Source: Octopus vulgaris (Eukaryota). From it: a DNA stretch of 64,000 nt. Made by a program: the position numbers and the translations under genes. The notes beneath the pieces were generated by a model. That model saw only the letters and a list, made by a program, of their open reading frames with translations. It was not told the origin of the DNA and ran no database searches. Below, piece by piece: positions 52,241 through 64,000 of the stretch. The stretch covers positions 1,240,001 through 1,304,000 of the forward strand of contig OX597827.1 in the NCBI GenBank assembly GCA_951406725.2. Direction: 5' to 3'. The stretch's first letter is position 1. Each line of letters opens with the position of its first letter.

Positions 52241-53183
52241 TCGCTGCAAAAAACCCCACCAAACAAGAAATAAAACAAAAAGAAAGAACAAAAAACAAAA
52301 CTACAAATGTAAAAACCCAAACATGTCCCATGGTAAATCTACCAACCGAATTATTAGCAAAGAGGAATACAGAGGTAAATACGGAAAACAAAAAAAAAAA
52401 TAACAACCAACAAAATATAAATAACAAAAGAAACAATAATAATAATAATTAACAATAACAATAAAAATAAACTAAAATAAGTAAACACACGTATGTACAT
52501 GTGTGTGTGTGTGTGTGTATATGTGTACACACACACACACACACAAAATAAATGTGTATATATTAGAAAAATGAAATAGAAGACTACAAAATATACATAT
52601 GTGCAAAAACTAATATATTTTGGCTTTTATGCTCACAAAAATCAATAACATTTATTTTCTCCTGGCTTAAAAAATACAAATACGCATATAAATATATATA
52701 AATATATATATGAATATATAAGTATACGTACACACGTGTGTACGTGTGCTTCTGTGTATGAGTTCGTGTGTGTGTGTGTTTATATAGTTTGTATATGTGC
52801 TTATGTGTGTGTTTTGTTAATAAAATGAATTACAATACAAGAACGAAGGAAAAAAAAATTAAGGACAACAACAAATGGAAAAAGAAAACAAATAAATATA
52901 AAATATAAACACATATACACGCAAAAAAAAGTACATGGATAAGTAAAACTGAAAAATAGATTAATAATAATAATCTGACAGCGACAAGAACAACAAGAAC
53001 AGAGACATAATAAAGATGAAGGAAAAAGAAAAGGGAAAAGAATATAGTTTGGTATAAATGAAAGTGAGTGGGTGACAGTGGGAGGTATAGAGAAAGAGAG
53101 ACAGAGAGAGAGGGAGGAAGGGAAGAAGAGAGCATGAAAGTATAGAAAAAAAGAGTTAATGATATATGTATATAAACACACAT

Positions 53184-53275
<92 letters not shown>

Positions 53276-53399
53276 AAACAAACACATACACACACACAAA
53301 TGTATATGTAAGTACCAAAGAAATATAGTGTGTAAAGTTCTAAAAGGCAAAAATATGCATGTGTTAAAATGCACACTTATATATTAGGCTTGTTTATGG

Positions 53400-53435
<36 letters not shown>

Positions 53436-53957
53436 GCACATACATATACATACATTTGTATACATATACACATATACGTACACATGCATATATATACTCA
53501 CACATATATATACACATGCATATATGTATATACACATATATATATATATGTACATATATATCTACATATATATATCAACATACATACACATACATATATC
53601 TACATGCATACACAAACAGACACACACACACACATATATATTTACACATACACACAATATACACACACACACACACATATATTGATGATTATTTGTGTGT
53701 GAGGAAAGTGCCAAAGAAAACAGTGAAAGGGGAGGAAAAATAATAGAAAATGCAAAAAAAAAAATGTTTTTAAAGGAAATAAAAGAAAACAAAAGAGAAA
53801 CAAAACAAAACAAAACAGCAGGATAAAATAATGGAAAAAAAAAATAATAATTCATTTTGTCTTGCATATTCATAAGATTCGAAAAAAAAAAATAACATTT
53901 TATTTTCTTCTGACTTGAATTTCGTAAAGACAAAAAACAAAAAGAAACAATAATCTA

Positions 53958-54002
<45 letters not shown>

Positions 54003-54532
54003 GATGATGATGATGATGATAATAATAATAATCAGGATAATAACAGTAATAATATTGTGTGTGGAGGAAGGTATGGGGGCTACATAACATAGATGTAAGC
54101 TGAAAGAAAATTACAACCCCTCGAAAATATATGAAGAAAATTGTTGGAGCCATTTTGGTGAAGGGTATATTTATAAATTGATGTGTAAACTGGAGAGAAA
54201 AGAAGAGCAAAATAAAACACACAAAAAACAAAAAACAAAAACGAAACAGAATAATAATAATGTACATTGGAATCAATATAAATGTAAGTATAACATGTGA
54301 GTGAATGTGTGTATATACATATATATATGCATGATTTTATATATTCATATATATATGTATGCATGCATGTATACTCATACAAAAATATATACACATATAT
54401 ATATGTATGCATATATATACATATATACACATATGTATGCTCAAATATCAATCAAGCTCTCTCTTATTCTTTGCCTCCACTGGCACATACATATGCATAA
54501 TTATGCACTTAGTTACATGTACTCATTCATAT

Positions 54533-54563
<31 letters not shown>

Positions 54564-54682
54564 CATACATACATACATATATAGAATAATTACTCTTAAG
54601 ACGAACACAAAGTTGAAAATATTCATGTTATTATGCTCTTTTTGTTTTTAATTATTTTTCATATTTGCCTGTGCGTAAGTGC

Positions 54683-54716
<34 letters not shown>

Positions 54717-54982
54717 TCCCCACACTCACACACACAAGTGAATGGACAAACAAAAATGTCACTTCCATAGCTTAAAACAACATGACCTGAGCTGACCAAA
54801 AGAGGCCTAACATCTAAAAGCCATTTTCACTTTATCTCAAACCCATTACTCTGCGTATGATATCTAATGAGATGAATCCATCCATACACCCAGAAATCTT
54901 TAAGTCATATGGATCTGAGTCAAACTTAGATCGTTAGGCCACTACACACATTTTTTTCTCTCCTTGTTTTTTTTCTGTGTCC

Positions 54983-55018
54983 CTTTCTGTAGAAGAGCAT
55001 AGGCTTGAAACGTAAAAG
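54983..55018 (+). ncRNA. Variant minimal hammerhead-like motif in a probable PLE terminal repeat (approx. 54890-55062)
   Basis: CUUU-CUGUAGA-A-GAGC(auag)GCUU-GAAA-CG-UA|AAAG has the same architecture as 43714, but with A6 changed to U in the core. Confidence 0.55.
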
Positions 55019-55167
55019 ACTTTTTCTATTCCTGAGAGTTATACTAATACATCTGTTTGTTTTAATATATATATATATGTATATATATATATGTGTGTGT
55101 GTGTGTATGTGTGTGTGTGTGTATGTATATATATAATATATATATATTTTATTATCAGTTATCAGTA

Positions 55168-55420
55168 TGTGTTGTGTTCTTGAGCAATACACTTTATTTC
55201 ACATTGCTCCAGTTCCCTCATCTGTAGAAATGAGTTGTGACTTCAATGGTGCCAAGCTGTATTGGCCTTTTGCCTTTCCCTTGGATAACATTGGTGGTGA
55301 GAAGAGAGGAGATAGGTGTGCATGGGCGATTGCTGGTCTTCCATAAACAACTTTGCCTGGACTTGTGCCTTGGAGGGTGACTTTCTTGATGCAATCCCAT
55401 GGTCAGTGTCGTGACCAAAG
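55168..55420 (+). mobile_element. SINE family D copy (5' truncated)
   Basis: tgtgttcttgagcaatacactttatttcac...cctttcccttggataacat...gcaatcccatggtca; an inverted partner lies at 55865-56144. Confidence 0.8.
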
Positions 55421-55799
55421 GCCATCTTTACCCATTACCCTTTTATCAGTTATCCATAGACAAAACTATATCATTCTTCCTGTCATCATTTTTTCTGCAC
55501 AAAATAGCATCGGCTGATTGCAAGTCCTCACTGAACAGTTCTTATTTCACAGATTTCCTTCACTTAAATGGACTGTCTTCCTTAAAACTGGTGAACACCT
55601 CCTACCTTAAATTCTACTGGATAGCTGTTGACACTCTTCAGTATCTTTACCCTTTGGGAAGGTCTTGTTTTCCATCCTGGAAGGTGTCTAAAAGCCACCC
55701 ACCTCACCAAGCAAGCTTGTTGGGTTTTCTGGGTTTAGTCGCTAATGACCCAACCACACAAGGTGTACAAGATTACATGTTACCAGTAGTGCAAGAGCA

Positions 55800-55834
<35 letters not shown>

Positions 55835-55864
55835 TCTCTCACACACATATTTAGGGGGACCCCA

Positions 55865-56144
55865 CTTTGGTCATGAATGACCATGGGATTGCACCTAGAA
55901 AGTTCCCCTCTGAGGCACAAGTCCAAGCAAGGTTGTTTATGAAAGACCAGCAGTTGCCCATGTATACCAACCTCCCCTCTCTGCACCACTGATGTTATCC
56001 AAGGGAAAGGCAAAGGCTGATACAGCTAGGCACCAGTGACATTACAACTCATTTCTACAGCTGAGTGAATTGGAGCAATGTGAAATAAAGTGTCTTGCTC
56101 AAGAACACACCACACAGCCCAATCCAGGAATTGAACTCACTACC
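55865..56144 (-). mobile_element. SINE family D copy, inverted relative to 55168-55420
   Basis: Reverse complement of the same body, plus B-box-like gagttcaattcc. Confidence 0.8.
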
Positions 56145-56574
56145 CCATATATATATATTTATATATATACATGTGTGTGTGTGTGTTATGTATATATGTT
56201 TGTGTGTATATATATGCATTTACAATTATAGAGTATTATTATTGCTGTAACAGTCCAGTCATAAGTTTTCATATTAATATAGGTTGGATTAGTCTGCAAT
56301 GGTATTTGACATGTCTGCTAGTTAAATACTATGCTCCAATGTTCTCAAGACCAATCAAGCTAACTTATGTTCAGCCCCACCACCACCACCACCACCACCA
56401 CACCAACTCATACATTAACCAAGTCCAACATCATTTCATCATTTTCTCCTTGCACATTGTGTATTTTTCCTTTCCCCCTTTTGCAGGCACCAACTACATG
56501 AGGTTTAATTTCTACAAAGGATTAAAGTTAGAAAGAGGTAATTTCAAGAGTCCATAGACTCAGCATCTCACATT

Positions 56575-56781
56575 CTGTTTATTGCCCACAAGGGGCTAAA
56601 CATAGAGGGGACAAACAAGGACAGACAAATGGATTAAGTCGATTACATCGACCCCAGTGCGTAACTGGTACTTAATTTATCGAGCCCGAAAGGATGAAAG
56701 GCAAAGTCGACCTTGGCAGAATTTGAACTCAGAACGTAACGGCAAACGAAATACGGCATTTCGCCCGGTGTGCTAACGATT
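56575..56781 (-). mobile_element. Young SINE family B copy
   Basis: Close reverse complement of 17841-18075. Confidence 0.88.
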
Positions 56782-56830
56782 GTTGTCCTGAGTAAATATG
56801 GCAGCTTGACAATTATAGAACAATGTCTCA

Positions 56831-56953
56831 CCGTAGACTTTTGGAGAATTCTTTGACATATTCATGGTTCTGTTATGATTTGTCTCTGCAGATTAGTCTA
56901 TTTTGATTGGTTTGTTAGTCAAACATACCATGTACTGTCAGTAATGTCTATGG
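56831..56953. repeat. Imperfect fold-back, probably an old MITE
   Basis: Nested pairings ccgtagac/gtctatgg, tgaca/tgtca and catggt/accatg. Confidence 0.55.
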
Positions 56954-58145
56954 TCATATTTGTATATCAATGTACACTCACAGATGGATATATATGTAAT
57001 GGTAGACACACACATACAGGCATACATATACAGAGATTTATAAATAGATAGACAGACAAATGAATGAACTGATGTATAGAAGGATTAATAGATAAATGGA
57101 TGGATAGATGGATAAACTGATTGATAAGTGGATAGATAGATGGACGGAGGGATGAACAGAAAGATGGATGAGATGGATAAGATAAACAGGCAGAGAGATT
57201 GATGGAAGGATAAACAGAGAGATGGGTGGACAAACAGAGAGACGGATGGATAAACAGACAGTTAGATGGATATACAGATAAATAGATGGATAAATAAATG
57301 GACAGATAGTCAGATAGATAGTTAGATAGTGAGATGTTAAGTGATAGATAAATGGATAAGTATCTTTTATCTATTAACTCGTTCCTGTCATTAGGCTGTG
57401 GCCATGCTGGGGCACCACCTTCAAGAATTTTCAATATTTTTTTGTTAAGCCTGATATTTATTCTATCAGTCCCTTTTGTTGAACAACTACACTAAAGGGA
57501 CGTATACACACCAGTTTTTAAATGGAGGTGCAGGACACACGCACACACACACACACACACATATGTATAGAGATAGACAGACAGATGTACATATATGAAT
57601 ATATATATATATATATATCTCACCACTTGACAAATGGTGCTAGTTTGTTTGTGTTCCCAAAAGTAAGTTCTTTGACAGGGAGAGACTAACAGAATAAGCA
57701 TCATTCATGAAATAGGTACAAGAGTTGATTTTGTTGGAAAAACCTTTTCCAAAACACTTTGAAGTTGTGCTCAAGCATGGTCATGGAACAATGACTAAAA
57801 CCAAAGAGATTATCTTTTAGCTCTTATCTTTTATCTTTCAGTCATTGGACTGTAGCCATGCTGGGGCACCACCTTTTTAGTCAAATGAATCAATCACTTT
57901 ACTTAGCACTTTTGCGAAACCACTAAGCTACAGGGACGTAAACACACCAACACTGGTTGTCAAATGGTGGCTGGGGACAAACATAGGCATAAAGACACAC
58001 ACACACACCTGATGGGGTTCTTTCAGTTTCCATCTACCAAATCCACTCACAAGGCTTTGGTCTGCACAAGACTGGGACTGAACCTGAAACCATGTGGTGG
58101 GAAACAGACTTCTTACCACACAGTGATGCCTATGCATAGATATAT

Positions 58146-58193
<48 letters not shown>

Positions 58194-58842
58194 CGGGAAG
58201 CTTTATGAAAATAGACAAAAGATGAAGGCAGGTGGAATACATATATATATATATATATACCTTTACTATTTCTCCTCTGTCTATCTCTCTCCCTCTCTTG
58301 TTCTTCATCCTTTCTGGCTTTCTCTCCCACCCTTCCCTATTCTTCTCCTCTCCCCTTCACCATTCCCTCTCTCTCAGTCCTCCTCCTTGACTCTCTCATC
58401 CTCCTCGAGTTCAGAATATTTTTTCTATCGTCTCGGCTTAGCAGCCCTCACCCTTTGTTTTTACTGTTTTGTTCTCACTGTCCTGTTCTTGTTACCAATT
58501 TCACCCTCTGCAAAAAGTTCCAAATTTTATTTAATTTGCTTTGCGGGAAGGACTGTTTCAACAAAGTCACATCTTGTCCTTGCCTTCGAGACGTGGTGTA
58601 GATGAAACAGGGACAACTGAAGAAGGGGAATATTCTTTATGTTGTATGTCGCATTTCTCTGATTGTTTTTGTTTTTCTTGTTCGAAAAAAAGTTCGTTTC
58701 TATGTTTTCCTTTCTCATTGTGTTCAACGTTTCTTTGATGTCCTGTACTCATATATGCATGTATATATATACATATATACGTAGGTATGTACATATATGT
58801 ATGTATATATGCATATATCTATATATCATTTATATTATATTA

Positions 58843-58883
<41 letters not shown>

Positions 58884-59293
58884 CCTGCTCGTTTAGCCAG
58901 CAGGGTGGCATGATTTGAAGGCTAAAAACAATGCGAAGCACATTGTGACCAGCGATGTGTAGCAACATCTGACAACCTGGTCGGTCACGGTGATCACGGT
59001 GATATATATATATATATATATATATGTAATGCATGTGTATATGCTTTCAAATAGTTTCTATCAACCAACTTCTGCTCACAATGCATTGATCAACCCAGGT
59101 CTATGTTACAAACCATTTGTGCGTAAGTTCATAATTAGAAACACATGTATATCATCTCAAACATATGTGTATAAACACACACACACACATTTGTATAGCG
59201 TTGTAGTACTTACTCATATTTACACAAAATTCTGTACATACATGTAACTACTTCCTTTTAATTACTTATATACATGCATACCTAGATACATAC

Positions 59294-59332
<39 letters not shown>

Positions 59333-59768
59333 TGCAAGACTACATATTCACATATTCACATTCATGTGTATATATTTATATGTCCATATGTTTTATTGTA
59401 AGACTGTATGTATAAATGAATTAAATACAAAGCTGTACACACAACAATTACCTGTCGTGCACCTGAGCACTATATACAATAAGCGTATTATTATTCTATA
59501 TTCATAGACAACTGTATGTGTATGTATACACACACACACATACAAACATACACGCATGTGTGCGCATATATAAAGGTTTTAATTCAGGTATACACTCACA
59601 ATAAATGCATAAACCCACAGACATGCAATATTCATCATCATCACAATAATTTAAGTCAGTTTTTCCACGCTTGCCTGGGTTATATTTAAGTGTGTGTGTG
59701 TGTGTGGTGTATATATGTGTATATGTATACATATGTATATACACACACAAACATATTTATCTACGTGT

Positions 59769-59804
<36 letters not shown>

Positions 59805-59950
59805 AGAGAGATAAATAGAGGGAAAGATAGATATGTACAGATATACATACACAAAAATACACACATACATATATATATATATAAACACACACACACAAGC
59901 ATACTCACATAGATATTTACATACATAGGTATCTACATACACACATTCAA

Positions 59951-59985
<35 letters not shown>

Positions 59986-60421
59986 GATATATACTGGAGA
60001 GAGAGAGAGAGATAGAGACAGTGAGTGAAAGAAAAGAAGAAAGCAACGAGGCAGTCAGCCAGGCAGGCAGTTACTCATGCACAAGTCGCAGCATGAGGCG
60101 GGTGGATATGGACAGGTAAATAGAAGCTGTACGTTATCTTGCCAAAACTTTAAACAGTTGTTGACAGAGCCGTATTTTCTTGTGCCTTCAACTGCTGCAA
60201 CTGCACGCACTCCGTGCATAAGCTTATTGCTATGCACATGCAAATCATTGCATGAACTAGAATGAACACGCACGCTGTCCACGTATGCGTGCACGCACGT
60301 ATATAAGTCTTTGTATATAAGCTTATATGTGTGTGTGTGTGTGTGTGGGTGTGTATGTGTGTGTGTTTGTGTATATATGTATATATATATGTATGTATTG
60401 GTGTATATATCTATATGTATT

Positions 60422-60465
<44 letters not shown>

Positions 60466-60515
60466 TATATATATGTGTATATATATTTCTACATATATGT
60501 ATATATCTATAGATA

Positions 60516-60556
<41 letters not shown>

Positions 60557-61290
60557 GTATATGTATATATGTGTATATATATTTCTACATATATGTATAT
60601 ATGTATAGATATATATATATGTATATATGTATGTATACATATATAACATTAGCCATGTGACCATGGGATGTATGTGTGAGTGCGTGATGATTAGAAACTG
60701 TTGGAAGAGAAGTGAAACAGAAGAATTTTTAGGGTCAGCTTAGCAGGGAAAATGGGAGGCGAAGTGGGGGGGGGAGAAGGAGAGTGAAATGCAGTTAAAG
60801 TGAGAATAGAAGATGGAGGAAAGATAGAGAGGAAGGTAAGGAAGAGAGGAAGGCAAGGAAGAAGAGAGAAAGGACAGATATTGGAAGAGAAAGAGTAATA
60901 AGCAAAAGCACATACATATATAAATGTAAATATGTAAATTATGCATGCGTGTGTATGTGTGTGTGATTATATGTATACTTGTGTATGTGGATATGTATAT
61001 ATGTGTGTGTGTGTGAGTATGTATATATGTATGTATACACACACACATGTATGTATGTATAAGAAAGTACTCAATACTCAAAGAAATAAGGCTAGTGCAA
61101 TAAGAATCTTTGTTCCTTGTTTTAATATACATTGTATTCATACACACACACACATATCAATAGATAAATAGATACACAGATACATACATATATAATCATA
61201 CGTATGTACATGTCTATGCATATATATATATATATTTGTATATTAGTGTGTGGGTGCATGTGTATATATATGTATTCATATTTATATATT

Positions 61291-61470
<180 letters not shown>

Positions 61471-61481
61471 CATATATATAA

Positions 61482-61525
<44 letters not shown>

Positions 61526-62326
61526 ACATATCTATATATGGAGATAGAGACAGGCAGACAGAGAGCAAAAGGAGGGGAAGAGTAACAAATAAATTTCACA
61601 AGTCAATTCAATTTATTTCTCAAACAATGAATGTTTTTATGTTTCATGATATTCACAACGAATGTATTTATTGAAAGTTGGAAATGTGTAATCCTTACTA
61701 ATATTTCAAAACAAAATCATATATTTGAAATATTATATTTCCTTCCTTTAGTTGTGAATAAGTTCTTTCAGGCATGGAATGGTCTTTGAATCTACATATA
61801 TTGCCAAATATCTCTGTATTTTGGATTATTTCAATTTATTCTTTCCATTCTAAAACTGGTTCCTGTCGGTAGGCTTGCAGTCACGCTCTGATGACCCTAC
61901 CATCTTCAAAGCTTTGGTTTTTAGTCAACCATATCAGTATGTCCTCCCCACCGGCCATGCAGCTGCCCTGCACCCACAATTTTTCTGGGACTCATTTTTC
62001 TTTTCTTTTTTCTTTTGTCAGTGTTGTAAGGGACGGACGACAGGCAAGGTGGACACGGGTGTAAAAAGGATGTAAATTAGATGGGAACAACTAGCACAAA
62101 ATGTGTTCTTTCTTTCGTTTGGCAACCCCTTAACCATTATATAGAGGAACTCTTGGCACTTAAATATACACACACATACACACATTTATACATGGATATG
62201 TGTGTGTGTATATACATATCTGCCCACGTATACTTCTGTACAAATATATATATATAAACACATAAACATACATATAGAGACATTAACATTTATATATATA
62301 TATATATATATTTATTATATAGAAGG

Positions 62327-62377
62327 AGCTTCTACAGGACTAGTACTGTTTCATTCAAGAGAAATCTTCAGGAAGCT
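62327..62377 (-). ncRNA. Type-I hammerhead ribozyme with intact core
   Basis: Minus strand AGCUUC-CUGAAGA-UUUC(ucuu)GAAU-GAAA-CAG(uacuaguc)CUG-UA|GAAGCU. It has a 6-bp stem I, a 4-bp helix III with palindromic ACUAGU in the loop and a GUA triplet, followed by AAUAAA (62316-62311). Stem II is weak (3 bp plus U-U). Confidence 0.8.
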
Positions 62378-62486
62378 ATTTAACAAGAATTGTATTAGCA
62401 TTTATACATTTAGAGGAGTGGTGGTGGGGGACTTTTTGGGGGTAGGCATAGCGCAAAATATCATACTTGGGGGAGTGGTCAAGGTA

Positions 62487-62488
<2 letters not shown>

Positions 62489-62533
<45 letters not shown>

Positions 62534-62628
62534 AAAAAAAATAAAAAAATAAAAAATAAAAAATAAAAAAATAAAATAAAAGGATAAAATAAAAGAATAA
62601 AAATAAAAAATATAAAAAATATAAAAAA
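62489..62628 (+). repeat. Poly(A) / (A5-7T)n tract
   Basis: Directly visible. Confidence 0.95.
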
Positions 62629-62991
62629 TCAGGCCTTGACGATAAAAGTAAATCCTACATTGGAATGACGTCAAACAGCTTTAAGACCCGCTGGTATGCA
62701 CATACACACTCGTTCCGGCGACAGGATAAATCCAACCAAACTACCCTCGCCGCCCACATCTGGTACCTTAAAAGGAACTCAATCCCCTTCAAGACCAAGT
62801 GGAAACTACTACAGAAGGCGCGCTCGTACACAGGAGGACATACCTGCTGTGACCTATGCATATCAGAGAGCCTAGAGATCTTGTTCGCCAAAGGCCCTCT
62901 CCTTAACAAATTTTCAGAACACTCCCCAAACTGTATGCATAAGAAGTATGCGAACTACAAGAACTATAGACCTACCCGGCAACCTGATTGA
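62629..62991 (+). pseudogene. 5'-truncated Penelope-like element: C-terminal part of a GIY-YIG endonuclease
   Basis: Open frame SGLDDKSKSYIGMTSNSFKTRWYAHTHSF...TTLAAHIW.LK...KWKLL...CDLCISE...LLNKFSE..PNCMH shows YIG, the catalytic R, CxLCxxE and LNxxxE..C.H motifs. It is CpG-rich and has no internal stops. Confidence 0.9.
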
Positions 62992-63656
62992 TGACAACCC
63001 CCCCCTACAACCCCCCCCCCCAACCCCACTGTTCCCCTAGCACCCCCGATTACCTTTTCTCCTAAGACCTTTCACATATTATATGTGCACGCTTGTATAT
63101 GTGTATCGTATGTATGTATGTATATATGTATAGAAATGCATGGGTACAGTAGGAATATACGCATGTATTATGTGTGTGTGTGTGTATGTATGCATGTAAA
63201 AAAATATATATGTATATATATTTGCATGTATATATATATATATATATATGTGTATATATATGTGTATATATATGTATATATATATGTATGTGCTTGTATG
63301 TGTGTGTGTGTGTATATGTGTATATGTGTTTGTATGTATATGTGTATATGTGTATATGCATATGTATGTGTAAATGTATGTGCTTATGTATGTGTATGTA
63401 TGTATAAAATATTGTATAATTAGGGCTTAGGAAAATAAAATAAATTACTTTGCCACATACTAAACTTTCTAGAAATAGCAGCCAATAAAGTTTTTTAGCC
63501 TCTTCCACTACTTAGAGAATTTTTTTCCCTCTAACATTGTTTACTCAAAATAATAATGGTCCCTTTACATACTGAACACTTGATGAAATTGATTAATAAC
63601 TAATTAACTTTACCCTCCCTTGTTGATATATATATACATATGTATATGTGTACATG

Positions 63657-63701
<45 letters not shown>

Positions 63702-63967
63702 ATGTGTGTATGTATGTATTTGTATATGTGTGTGTGTATATGTATGTGTGCGCGTGTGTGTGTATGTTTGTGTATGTATACTTGTATATGTATATGCATG
63801 AATGTATATATATATATGTGTGTGTATATGTGTATTATGTATGTATTTATATAGATATGTAGTTTATATATATATATATATGTATGTATATGCATCTGTC
63901 TGTGTGTGTGTATGTGTATATATGCGTATCATTTTTGCGTATGTATACATGTATATGTGTATATGTA

Positions 63968-64000
<33 letters not shown>

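Noticed and set aside
61887-61910. CTGATGA as a hammerhead core or snoRNA box C
   Set aside because: No GAAA/stem architecture and no convincing box D with a terminal stem.

Overview
This is AT-rich, microsatellite-saturated eukaryotic non-coding DNA, either intergenic or inside a very large intron. The SINE families, the (TA/CA/AAT/GAT/GATA)n density and the transposon types look like an Octopus (coleoid cephalopod) genome. That assignment comes from my recall of repeat families, not from a database result. I can identify no host protein-coding gene, and almost all ORFs in the track are microsatellite or SINE artefacts. The real coding remnants are all transposon-derived: two Penelope-like element (PLE) fragments with GIY-YIG endonuclease motifs (8100-9172 minus, 62629-62991 plus), a DD37D/maT-type transposase pseudogene (46686-47312 minus), and RTE, CR1/Jockey-like and possibly Tx1/L1 LINE fragments. 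Also present are dozens of tRNA-derived SINE copies and several MITEs (piggyBac-, hAT- and Tc1/mariner-type). Two signals stand out. First, there are several distinct type-I hammerhead ribozyme motifs in PLE-type terminal repeats, including a non-coding element with a Pol III B-box-like head, a hammerhead and a 133-bp inverted duplication (43413-43808). Second, there is a dense set of long fold-back structures, concentrated at 36.5-44.5 kb, that would be dsRNA/ADAR or small-RNA substrates if transcribed. All of this was read by eye, so boundaries of degenerate repeats are approximate.
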